From Lama glama (lineage: Eukaryota): 64,000 bases of DNA. The notes under the pieces were generated by a model. The model searched no databases, was not told the origin of the DNA, and worked only from the letters and a program-made list of their open reading frames with translations. The position numbers were made by a program, and so were the translations under genes. The stretch is from contig CM052816.1 of assembly GCA_028534125.1 (NCBI GenBank), forward strand, positions 42,410,001-42,474,000, written 5' to 3'. How positions within the stretch are numbered: position 1 is the stretch's first letter; every line of letters starts with the position of its first letter. Shown in pieces: positions 52,453 to 63,383 of this stretch.

Positions 52453-52587
52453 TTACAGGTACATAGGAACAAGTAAAAAAGTCTCTCCAGACGATCTGGT
52501 TCCTGGATTTCCTTCACTTCTCTGCTCAAGTAGAAGGCCTGCTTTTTACCTGACAGAAACAAATGCAGTGGGTTTTCCAGAACAGAG
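52453..52587 (-). pseudogene. Candidate 135-nt exon (SVLENPLHLFLSGKKQAFYLSREVKEIQEPDRLERLFYLFLCTC), phase 2->2
   Basis: aatttatttttag acceptor; open frame; decayed donor AA|atgagt. Confidence 0.55.
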
Positions 52588-52637
52588 CTAAAAATAAATT
52601 TTCTCTGAATAAACTTAGCTCTTACTGAAGCAGATCC

Positions 52638-52846
52638 TGTAGACTATCATTTTCCAGCCTACAGAACTTTCAGTGATGAAGGAAATGCTTAACATCTCTG
52701 CTGTACAATACAGCAGCCACTAGCCACATGTGGCTACTGCAAACTTGGTATGAGGCTAGTGTAACTTAGAACAAACTTTTTAACTTATCTCATTTTAAAC
52801 AATCACGTATAGGTAATGGCTATCATTTGGACAGAATAGCTATAGA
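52638..52846. mobile_element. MER3 hAT MITE
   Basis: agaactttcagtgatgaaggaaatg...gcagccactagccacatgtggcta. Confidence 0.85.
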
Positions 52847-52849
52847 CTC

Positions 52850-53050
52850 ATCTCAATAACTACCATTCACTGAGTGTCTATTATGTGCTACAAAGCTACC
52901 TTTGAGGAAGGTAATATTTTGTCCCCACTTTACAGATAAAGAACTTGAGGCTAAAAGAGATTAAGTGACTTGCTCATGGCTTTACAACTAATAAGTGGTA
53001 AATTCTGGATTTTACACCCATGTCTGTCCCTCTCATGGCCTGAGACTTTC
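52850..53050 (-). mobile_element. MIR SINE
   Basis: ccccactttacagataaagaacttgaggct...ttaagtgacttgctca. Confidence 0.8.
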
Positions 53051-53054
53051 ACTA

Positions 53055-53250
53055 TCAGTTGTTCCCAACACTGGCTGCATATTAGCTGGTGTGCTTTTCA
53101 AAAATGCTCATCCTCAAGTCCCACGTCTCAGTAATTTTTATTTAATTGGTCAGGGGCAGAGCTCAGGGACATGCATATCTCTGAAACTTCCACTGTGCAA
53201 CGCAGGTGTGACCAAGTCCTCCTGGCAGTGGATGACCATTTTCGAATAGG
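53055..53250. mobile_element. MER5A-like hAT MITE
   Basis: cagttgttcccaacactggctgcatattag...cttttcaaaaatgctcat. Confidence 0.6.
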
Positions 53251-53894
53251 AGCTAAGATGAAGTTCTACTTCTACCTCTTCTCTTCAGCCTGGTTACCAG
53301 TTTAAGGCTAAAAAAGGTCCCAGCCCTTCTTTTTGCAGATCAGAGTAAATATCTAAGAGAGTTATTCTGAGCTAGGGTGAGGTCACATAGCTGGTGTTTT
53401 AATGGAGAAGAGACCGGCCTTGGGCATGAATTTATATGTAAGTGCTCCAGCTTTTGGTGTTGTGGGGACAGCAAACAAGCAAAAGTCAGGAAAGCTGTTA
53501 AGGGACTAAAGCCCTATGCAGCAACTCAGAAGCCCAATGGCAGACAAAGGCTGGGAGTATGTAGCATTTGACTATTTCTGGAGGTGGGGATACTGGGCTC
53601 TCCCAGACTTAGTTTTATCTTCTGCATCCTCTCTTTCTATCACTCCAATGTCCTCAGGAGTGGTCTAAGAGCCTTTATTCAGCTTTCTTCACTCTTCCAA
53701 GGTTACTTCTTTTTGTGTGTGTTAAGATATAGCTGACATACAACATTACATTAGTTTCAGGTGTACAGCATAGTAATTCATCACTTGTATGCCTTACAAA
53801 ATGACCACCACAATAAGCTTGGTTAACATCAGCATCAAACATCATTACAAAAAAATTTTTTCCTTGTGATGTGATAAACTGTCAACATTAATCT

Positions 53895-53995
53895 TTTTTG
53901 CTTGTTTGTTTTTCCCTTTAACAGAGGCATTGGGAATTGAATCCAGGACCTCATGCACACCAAGCACATGCTCTACCACTGAGCTATATACCCTG
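53895..53995 (-). mobile_element. Camelid tRNA-derived SINE (Vic-1-like)
   Basis: gggaattgaatccaggacctcatgcacaccaagcacatgctctaccactgagctata. Confidence 0.85.
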
Positions 53996-54260
53996 TACCC
54001 CTGTTGATGTTATTTTTAACAGAGATACCCTTACCTTTGCACTTAAGCGGTGATTAAAATTATGACTGTGAAATAAATGAAAGCAGATTTTGGGATTCAA
54101 GAGACTGAGATTCCTCACTTTCTGGATGAGTTCAGGTATCTGAATATGTATTTGGTAAATAACTTTGAAAAAACCAAAACAAAAAAGTTCCTTCAGAACC
54201 TTTGCACGTGACTCACAAAAGTAGGTAAAGAAGATGACATCAGTCTCTAGGGCAGGATTA

Positions 54261-56803
54261 CAGGTTTACCTCCTTTTATTGTACTTTGTAGGTACTATAT
54301 TTTATATAAATTGGAGGTTTGCGGCAATCCTGTGTCAGGAAAGTCTATTGACATCATTTTTCCAATAGCATTTGCTCACTTCATGTCTCTGTGTCACATT
54401 TTGGTAATTCTCAAAATATTTCAGATTTTCATTATTATAACAATTGTTTTGGTGATCTGTGTTCAGTGATATTTGATGTTACTACTGTAATTGTTTTGGG
54501 GTGTCATAAACTGTGCCCATATAAGACAGCAAACTTAATAAAGTTTGTGTGTGTTCTGACCTGCTGTTCCCCCATCTCTCCCTCTCCTTGGGTCTCCTTA
54601 TTTCCTGAGACACAACAGTATTGAAATTAAGCCAATTAATAACCATGCAATGGCCTCTAAGTGATCAGTGAAAGGAAGATTCGAACTTCTCTCACTTTAA
54701 ACCAAAAGGTAGAAATGATTAAGCTTAGTGAGGGAGGCATGTTGAAAGCTGAGATAAGATAAACAAGTTCCTTCTATATAGCACGGGGAACTATATTCAA
54801 TATCCTGTAGTAATCTATAATGAAAATGAATATGAAAACAGATATATGTATGTGTATGCATGACTGAAACATTATGCTGTACACTAGAAACTGTTACATG
54901 GTAAACTGACTATACTTCAATAAGAAAGAAGAAAGCAAGCAAGCAAGCAAGCAGGCAGGCAGGCAAGCAAGTAAGCAAGCTGAGATTGGCTGAAAGATAG
55001 GCCTCCTGCACAAAACATTTGACCAAGTTGTAAAGTCTAAGGAAAAGTTCTTAAAGGAAATTAAAAATACTACTCCAGTAAACACATGAATGATAACAAA
55101 GCAAAATAACATTATCGTTCATATGGAGATGTCTAGTTATAGTAGTCTGCATAGAAGATCAAAAAACAGCCACAAAGTTCCCTTAAACCAAGCCCTAACT
55201 CCCCTCAACTCTATGAAGGCCAAGAGAGGTGAGGAAGCTGCTGAAGAAAAATTTCAAGCTAGCAGAGGCTGGTTCATTAAAAAAGAAGCCATCTCCATAA
55301 CATCAAAGTGCAAGGTGAAGCAGCAAGTGCTGATGTAGAAGCTGCAGCAAATTATCCAGAAGGTCTAGCTGAGATCTCCAGCTACACTAAACCGTAGGTT
55401 TTTCATGCAGACGAAACACCCTCCCAATTAGAAGAAGATGCCACGCAGCACTTTCATAGCCAGAGAGGAGAAGTCAATGCCTGGCTTTAAAATTTCAAAG
55501 GACTCACTTGTTAGGGGCTAAGGCAGCTGGTGACCTAAAGTTGAAGCTAATATTCATTGACCATTCCAAAAATCCAAGGGCTCGTAAGAATTATGCTAAA
55601 TCTACTCTACCTGTGCTCTATAAAATGGAAACAGCAAAGCCTGGATGTGCTGACAACATGGTTTACTGAATATTTAATGCCCACCGTTGAGACCTACTAC
55701 TCAGAAAAAAAGATTCCTTTCAAAGTATTACTGCTCATTATTATCTGGCCACCCAATAGCTTTAATGGAGATGTACAAGGAGATTCATGTTGCTTTCAAT
55801 ATCTATTCTGCAGCCCATGGATCAAGGAATAATTTTGACTTTCAAGTCTTACTACTTAAAAAATACATTTCATAAAGCTATGGCTGCCATAGATACTGAT
55901 TCCTCTGATGGATCTGGGCAAAGTAAATTGAAAACCTCCTGGAAAGGATTCACCATTCTGGATGCCATTATGAATACTGGTAATTAATGGGGAAAGGTCA
56001 AAATATCAACATTAACAGGCGTTTGGAAGAAGCTGATTCCAACCTCCATGAATGATTTTGAGACATTCAAGACTCAGTGGAGAAAGTAACTGCAGATGTG
56101 GTGAAAACAGTAAGAAAACCAGAATCAGAAGTAGACCCTGAAGATGTGACAGAATTGCTGCAATCTCATGAAAAAAACCTAAACTGATGGGGAGTTGCTT
56201 CTTATGGATGAGCAAAAAATGTGGTTTCTTGAGATGGATTCTACTCCTGGTAGAAGCAGATTCTGTGGTAAAGTAGATTCTGGTAGAAAGAAGATAATGT
56301 GAAAATTGGTGAAATGACAACAAAGGATTTATAATATTACATAAACTTAGTTGATAAAGCAGAGGCAGGGTTTGAGAGGATTGACTCCAATTTTTAAAAA
56401 GTTCTACTGTAGGTAAAATGCTATATCAAACAGCATAGTATGCTACAGAGAATTCATTTGTGAAAGCAAGAGTCACAAGGAGTCACATCTTTGTGGCAAA
56501 CTTCATTGTTGGCTTATTTTAAGACAGGCATCAACACTGAGGCAAGACCTTTCACCAGCAAAAAGATTACAACTGCCTAAAGGCTCAGATGATAGCATTT
56601 TTTAGCAATACAGTGTTTTTAAATTAAGGTATGTACCTTGTTTTTTAGTTCTATTGCACACTTAATAGACTACAGTATAGCATAAACATAACTTTTATAT
56701 GCCCTGGGGAAACCAAAAAATATGCGTGACTCACTTTATTGTGGTATTTTCTTCACTGTGGAGATCTGGAACCAAACCTAGGACATCTCTAAAGGTATGC
56801 CTG
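54261..56803 (+). mobile_element. Tigger1-family DNA transposon, near full length, decayed
   Basis: TA|caggtttacctc ... aggtatgcctg|TA; transposase remnant [21 protein letters not shown]. Confidence 0.95.
54756..54976 (+). mobile_element. L1 3' terminus inserted in Tigger1, with (AAGC/AGGC)n tail
   Basis: gataaacaagttccttctatatagcacggggaactatattcaa...tatacttcaataa; TSD aagctgagat at 54746-54755 and 54977-54986. Confidence 0.9.
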
Positions 56804-57189
56804 TATGTTTTGTTTCAGGGACTGTAAAGGCTGAAAAGTGATAAACTAAGAAGAGAAAATGAGAATACTGGCAAAAATTTAAACAGAGGAATTGATACTG
56901 TGCTCATACACACTCCAAGGGTCCTGGTAAGCACTGGAAACCTGCATTTATCCTTGTCTTGGGTTAGGAGACCTCTAAATCGAATTCTGGGGGTTGAAAA
57001 GAAAATCAACAATGCAAACGAAACTCACAAAAATTTCAAATGCTGCTGTAAACATTACCCACTTAGACTAGCCAAGTATGTCTTTCTCTCCTACTAGAAC
57101 AGAGGAAAAATAAAAATAATTTGTGATTAAGATTCTCCTCAGGAATGGTGTGTGGCTATAAAATGCACTATGGAAATCATCTCTCAGTT

Positions 57190-57393
57190 CAGGAACTCAG
57201 CACAGCTGCTCCAATAAGAAGGTTGTCTATGTTCTGAAGCTCAATGAACTTGTATTCTAAGAATATGCCTTTAGAAGTAACAGCTCTGAAAGCCATGAGC
57301 AAAAAAATCTCAAGGATGATTGCAGCAAATGGCTTCAAATAAAAAAATCTAGTCTGTTGGCAAGTACCCTTTAGAAGGCAGGACTTGAATTCT
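57190..57393 (-). pseudogene. Candidate exon (EFKSCLLKGTCQQTRFFYL...), 3' boundary uncertain
   Basis: gattttatttcaag|A GAA TTC, phase 2 start; frame open to the stop at 57189 (ORF track); no clear donor identified. Confidence 0.4.
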
Positions 57394-58107
57394 CTTGAAA
57401 TAAAATCACCAATCATTCTTATGGCCTGCTGCTTACGAAAGTAGGGAAAACAGGTTTTTGGAGCTACAGCTGCAGATTCAAAAATGAGTATCAGTAGATT
57501 TTGCTTTAGTAATGTAAAAAGTAAAACATTCCCAAAGGGAACAGAAAGAATTAGCTAAGGATGTTTAGAGATGTGAAAGAAGATAATGGTAGAAAAAGCC
57601 ACTTCAAATATCTCCAGACTTGAATTTCAAGCCAAGGTTTCTTTTGAATCTTATCTATCACCCCAGGCCTTTTTTTCTTTCTTTCTTTCTTTTTTTTTTT
57701 CCCTTTCTTAATAGTAATATATGCCCAAGGCTTAAGAATAACACAGAGGTGTGTAAAACTAAACTGTTAAAATCTTCTGACCTCTATCTGTTCTCAATCC
57801 TGTTCCAAATCTCTAGAAATTTCTTTTTTTAAATCATTGCCTAGCTCTTAAGGTTAGGTTAAAGAAATACCTAGTCAGATATGCGTAAGTCTATTTCTCT
57901 GATCTCGAATTTTCTATTAGGGGCCAGTTGTGTAAGCTATAAGATAGGAGACAGAATCAAAAGATGGAAACTCTACTGCTCACTTCTTCCCAATCACTTT
58001 TGTGCCTTTGAGCAAAGAACGTCCTCCCTGGAATGCTTTTCCCCAGATGGAAAGTAAGAGAAGTGAAAACACTGATTCCTGGTTCACTTTGAATTTAAAT
58101 CTTCTGT

Positions 58108-58447
58108 ACCAGTGCTATCCAAGAGAAGCCTAAGTGAGCAACAAATGTGAGTCACATTAGTCACTTTAAGTTTTTTTCATAACCATTAAAACTAAAAAGA
58201 AGCAGGTGAAGGTAATTTTAATAATTTTTTCATAAATATATTCAAAATAGTATGATGTCAACATGTAAGCAACATTAAAACATTAAAATTTTAACAACAT
58301 AAATAATAGTTTCCATTCTATTTTTCCAATTAAGTATTCAAAATCTAGCGTGTATTTGACAAAAGACATCTCAGTTCAGACTAGCTACATTTCAAGTGTT
58401 CAGGAGTGACATGTGGTTAATTGCTACTTTCTGAGTAGCACAGCTTT
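58108..58447. mobile_element. MER33-like hAT MITE
   Basis: ccagtgctatccaa...aaaatctagcgtgtattt...gctacatttcaagtg...gacatgtggtta. Confidence 0.8.
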
Positions 58448-58500
58448 ACATTAGTGCTGGACATTATTTCAGAAAAGCTCTCTTCCAGTGAGTAGCTCAC

Positions 58501-58529
58501 TTCTGCATCTCTATACTTGATTGCCTCTG
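58501..58529 (-). pseudogene. Candidate 29-nt exon (QRQSSIEMQK), phase 0->2
   Basis: gttttgttgacag|CAGAGG...GCAGAA|gtgagc; phases match both neighbours. Confidence 0.45.
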
Positions 58530-58912
58530 CTGTCAACAAAACATTATTATTGATTATCATTTGTTGACAATATTTAATTATCAACCAGAAAGTGTTGAAT
58601 CTACTTAGACTTCTCATAGAGATTCAGTTATCAGATTGTTGATTAATACCAGTGCTGTTTCCGCATAATATATTTAGTCTTCAAGTGAATTTTTTCTTGT
58701 CTGGCTGTGTCACTCCTATTGAATTTTAGATCATTTACCCTGAGCTTCATAGAACAACTGGGACATAGTATTATTGTTAATTAACAATTTGAAAAGGAGC
58801 CTAAGCTTTTAAAAGCAGATTAAATCACTCACTTGTATCCTATCAATAATGTTCTCCACCTCTCAATTCTTTCACTAAAAACACACCTAATATTAAAAAG
58901 CATAAGCATTAC

Positions 58913-59139
58913 CGAGCAATGAAAGTCTAGTAGGTAAAATAGCATTTAACCATTGTACTGCTGACTTATAAATTCAACGAACTCTTGAATACCTTCCAAA
59001 GGCCAGGACCTGTGCTTGATTTTGAGGATTCCTACCTTGGTGGTTTAATTTCAAAGATTCCATCAGAGTAGCCCATTAGCAAAGGCTCTGGCATTTATGT
59101 ATTGGGGTAAGGGGTAGATTTGTAATCTAGGGTATCTTC
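58913..59139 (-). pseudogene. Candidate exon (RGS22-like N-terminal or first RGS segment)
   Basis: cttgtctatag|GAAGAT...TGCTCG|gtaatg. Reads EDTLDY...PEPLLMGYSDGIFEIKPP, then after a frameshift SWPLEGIQEFVEFISQQYNG*MLFYLLDFHCS. Contains several stops. Confidence 0.5.
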
Positions 59140-59269
59140 CTATAGACAAGCCTTCACCCCCACCCTCCCTTCAGACACATTTTTAAGTAGATTCCTTCCT
59201 ATCTCTCCAAGTCTATTCTGCCTATAAAACAAAATTCACTGAAATATACTATATACCACATTTGGTGTG

Positions 59270-60330
59270 TGCTATAAATTTAAAAGTAATACATGTTCAT
59301 TGTAAAAGAAAATATTCAAACAACTCAGAAGTATATAAAGTAAAAAGTTCTCCCCTCTCATAGTGCATTATTCCCAGGTGCACTCCTCAAAGGTGACCAC
59401 TGTTAAGAATTTTACAAATATCATCCCAGAATTCTCCAAGTATATATAAACATGTGTATACATATGTATACACATATGTATTGAGAAAGTATTTTTAAAG
59501 TAACACATGATTATGAAGACAATTCAGTTAACACAGAAACATATAAAAATGGAATGATCCATATTCACATAGAATATCTGAGGGAGTATTTTTAAACAAA
59601 GTACCACGATTATGGAGAAAATGCAAATTATGGTAAAATGCAAATTGTAAAATACAAAGTGAAATTTTCCTTATCTCACATCCCCACTACCCAGAGCTAA
59701 TAAAAAATTCCCATAGCTCTTTTTGTGTGGCATCCTTTGTGAAATTTTCGATGAATACACAAGAATATATATACACACACATACATATATATGCCCAACA
59801 TACATATGAATATATAGAGAATATATATATTTAATGTAGTTATGAAATACAGTTTTTATTGTGAAATCAATATATGCATAGGTAAGTGTACAAAACAAAG
59901 TGCACCCCCTTGCAATCACCACCCACATTGCCAGCCCCTTAGAAGCCCTCTTCATGACTCCTAATCACTACCCCTCCCACCCACCTCTCAAAGGTTTCCA
60001 CTATCCTGACTTTTAGAGTAATCAATTCCTTGTTTTTCTTTTTAATATTACCATCTAAGCATGCATCATTAAGGACTATAACTTTTCCAGCTTTTAGATT
60101 TTTAAATAAATTGAGTCAAACCATATATATTCTTTTGTGTCTTGCTTCATTTATTTGTAATATTTATTTATTTTTAGCTTAATACATCTTGGGCATCTCA
60201 GTCAATATATAATTACCTCATTCTTTTAATTCCATGATATAAAATTGAACAAATGACCTGATAAATACCAAATTATTTTCACTCTTTTTGGTTATTATGA
60301 TAATGTTATAAAGAACATCTTGGGCATTCA
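59270..60330 (-). mobile_element. Old L1 (L1ME-like) fragments
   Basis: aaaagtaatacatgttcattgtaaaa; aaaggtgaccactgttaa; ccactatcctgactttt. Confidence 0.6.
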
Positions 60331-60654
60331 TTTTCTTAAATCAATTATTTTAACTTAAAAAGTAATCTTGCTGCTAATGTAAAATGAAATGAGGTGGCAG
60401 GTTAATTATTTCAGAATTCTTAAACAAAGTTCAGTTCCAGTATAATAAAATTTTATCAGGGGATGACCCTTTTTTCTAAATTCTAGACCTCTTTTCAAAA
60501 CTTACATTTTGCTTAGAGGCAAGGAGACATCTTTAGAGCAAACTGGTGTGTTTTTCAAAGTATAGCACCTAGATTGCTGGCATCACAGTTATAGGAGGTT
60601 CTTATTAAAATGTGTATTTCCCAACATTCAACATCGTTGGAAATGAGCCTGATA

Positions 60655-61135
60655 AATCAGTTAGGATACAGTCTAAACTGTTATAACCAAGAGATTATAA
60701 AATATAGTGGCATCAACAAAATAGAAGCTTACTCCACTTACTTCTTCTTACTTACTGGACTGTTAAGTCCAGTACAGTACAAGGTGGCCAACGTAGAGAA
60801 GGCAGCTCTACTCTAACCACAGAATCGAACTAATGCTGTCTTGTTGCTTGCATAGTAAAAGCTGGTCCCCGACCATGTCTATGGGCTATCACATTCTCAG
60901 AAGAGGGAAGGGGAAAGCAAAGAAGTAGAGCGCAAGCAATTTGTCAGGAAGTGAAGAAGTTGTGCACATTCCATTGCCAGAAAAATACGTACAGCTAGTT
61001 ACGAGGCAGGCTAGGAGCATGTGGTTTCTGGCTCTGTTGGCCATGTGCCCTTCTAACATTGGCAAGGAGCAGGGTCCAATTACTAAGAGGAAGAAGAGGA
61101 TGGATATCAGGGGGCAATTAGTAGTCTCTGCAACA
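60655..61135 (-). mobile_element. MaLR LTR (MLT1-type)
   Basis: cagttaggatacag...agtggcatcaacaaaatagaag...ggggcaattagtagtctctgcaaca. Confidence 0.7.
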
Positions 61136-61289
61136 CTTGGGAATCTACATTGTTAGGTGTTCCAAGTCCTCTGTCTTCAAGGTGTGACCGGTCACTGGGC
61201 TGGAGAAATGCTCTTTTATATTTGGTTTAACATCATTTCTCCCAAGTATCCCTGGAACTTCATGAGCTAGCTATACTTATTGAGAAAAC

Positions 61290-61356
61290 CAGGAACAGCC
61301 AAGACATGGAAGCAACCTAAATGTCCATCGACAGATGATTGGATAATGAAAATGTG

Positions 61357-61403
<47 letters not shown>

Positions 61404-61845
61404 ATGGAGTACTTCTCAATCATTAAAAAAGAAATAATGCCATTTACAGCAACATGGATGGACCTAGAGATTACCATACTAAATGAAGCAAGTCAGAAAG
61501 AGAAAGAAAAATACCGTATATAACATATGTGGAATCTAAAACAAACAAACAAAAAGACACAAATGAACTTATTTACAAAACAGAAATAGACTCATATAGA
61601 AAACAAACTTATGGGTAACGGGGAAAGCAGGGGAGGAGTAAATTAGGAGTTCAGGATTTGCAGATACTAACTACTATACATAAAATAGATAAACAGTCAT
61701 ATTGTATAGCATAGGGAATTATATTCAACATCTTGTAATAACTTATATTGAAAAGGCTATGAATATATATGTATAACTGAATCACTATGCTGTACACCAG
61801 AAACTAACACATTATAAACTGACAACACTTCAATTAAAAAATTTT
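61290..61845 (+). mobile_element. L1 3' end containing (TA)n
   Basis: agccaagacatggaagcaacctaaatgtccatcgacagatg...acacttcaattaaaaa. Confidence 0.9.
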
Positions 61846-61989
61846 TCAAAGATCCTCTATCCTTAAAAATCTATATATGTTCAACATAGAAGTTATTGAG
61901 ATCAATAGTTTGGATATAAAGAAGCAAAATTTGGGGCAATTGTTGAAAGACAGCATCCAAGGCCAGCCCAGTCCTAACATTCATGATAC

Positions 61990-62190
61990 GATTAATTGAC
62001 ACTGAGCATTTACACTCTGCAAGGCACTGCTCTATGTGCTTCACTCTTGCAAGGATCCTAAGTTAGGTCCTGTAATCAATCATCTTCAGTTTACAGATAA
62101 GGAAACTGGGGCATAGAGATGTTAAGTTACTTGATGGGTCACACAGCTGATAAGAGTAATGTGCTTAACCACTAGCCTATACCACCAACA
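61990..62190 (-). mobile_element. MIR SINE
   Basis: agtttacagataaggaaactggggcatagagatgttaagttacttg. Confidence 0.8.
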
Positions 62191-62759
62191 TACAAAGAGA
62201 AGCAGGCATAGTCTACTGGAACTACTGATAATTATGAGTCATGTTTACCAAAGTTCTGATATATATTGCCTTTATACAGAGTATTTCTTAAGTAACAAGT
62301 TTTATTTTATGTGTGAGGTTAGAAGCTGTTTTATGCACAGATAAAGCAATTAGCAAGTCCTCTGAACACTATGATGACAAACATCTTACTTCATCATTAT
62401 CAATTACTATTTACCAATTTCTATTCTGAGTCCTGGAGATTTACTGGGTGGATCTGGTTCTTATTTTCATCATGGCTCCTTTAAGTAAAATGATGCCCCC
62501 AAATCTGCATTTGACTTCAGGCATGCAAGACACACTCCAAGATGAGTGGAGGGTTTACTAAGACAAGGAATGCTGTATTTCCCTCCAAAGGCCAGTGTTA
62601 TTTTTGCCCCTTAAGCTTCATCTCATTTTATTGCTTCAATGCACTTAGAACTGTTAAGCTCATGGTTTGCTGCATCCTAGAAACAATTCTGACTATAATA
62701 AAAGAATAGGCATTATTATTATACAAATTATTGAGAATTTCCAATCTATTGTATACATC

Positions 62760-63118
62760 TTTGCAGGGCATGAATTAAATGGGTAGCATGAAGAAGTTCC
62801 TTTGTGCTGAGAGAATAGTTTCATATATTGGTTGTGGTGAGAGGTACACAAATGTATCATGGAATGAAACTACATCCCATACAAACACACATACATGCAC
62901 ATAAATGTATGCAAAGAAAAAATAATGAAAATGGAATCAAGTCTGTAGTATAGTTAACATTATTGTACAATGTCAATTTCCTATTTTTGGTGTTATATTA
63001 CAGTCTTTACATATAAGATGTCACCACTCAGAGTTGGATGAAAGGTACATAGGAGTCTGTGAACTAGTTTTTGCAACTTCTTTTGAGTCTACAATTATTT
63101 TCAAATAAAATGTTTTTA
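62760..63118 (+). mobile_element. Old L1 3' UTR
   Basis: tgtcaatttcctatttttg...taagatgtcacc...ttgcaacttcttttgagtctacaattatttt. Confidence 0.75.
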
Positions 63119-63144
63119 TGATGGGGCTGGGGGTGGCAGTGGAA

Positions 63145-63295
63145 GGGTGGTTCTCAGACCAGCTTTGGCATCAGCTGGGAACTTGGTAGAAATAAAGAAA
63201 CTCAGGCACTACTCCAGACTTACTAAATTAGAATCCACATTTCAACAAGAACTACATATGATTCATATGTACATTAAAGTTTAGAAGCATTGCTA
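63145..63295. mobile_element. MER5A hAT MITE
   Basis: ggtggttctcag...ctgggaacttggtagaaat...gtacattaaagtttagaagcattg. Confidence 0.75.
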
Positions 63296-63383
63296 TACAA
63301 GAAAAAAAAAGTGATATTCAAGTATTTCTCACTCCTCTTGAAAAGTTTCTTCATTTCAGTGTCAGAAGGTTATTTTAGAGGCC

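Larger units (their letters stand above)
11677..59139 (-). pseudogene. Unprocessed multi-exon gene relic encoding several RGS-like domains (RGS22/RGSL1-like family); 5' and 3' ends not defined
   Basis: About 18 AG...GT-bounded segments, all on the minus strand, all in repeat-free islands, mostly phase-compatible in order. RGS-like motifs: EGIQEFVEFI..G.MLFYLLD, YF..FFKSE....L.F, VNMSSETKEELLKFMEQ, FPEEQTYMVKHL, AQ-KIYQVL. Internal stops, frameshifts and GT->AT donors indicate decay. Confidence 0.7.

Noticed and set aside
11677..59139. Identification of the relic as ADCY10P1 (soluble adenylyl cyclase-like), prompted by possible TREM-like relics downstream and short matches such as LKEISL and GEFC..GQI
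   Set aside because: No cyclase motifs (DISGFT, GDALL, FDKG, VNLAAR) or P-loop were found, the short matches are scattered or in off-phase frames, and the RGS-like motifs fit the phase-consistent frames better. A synteny check would settle it.
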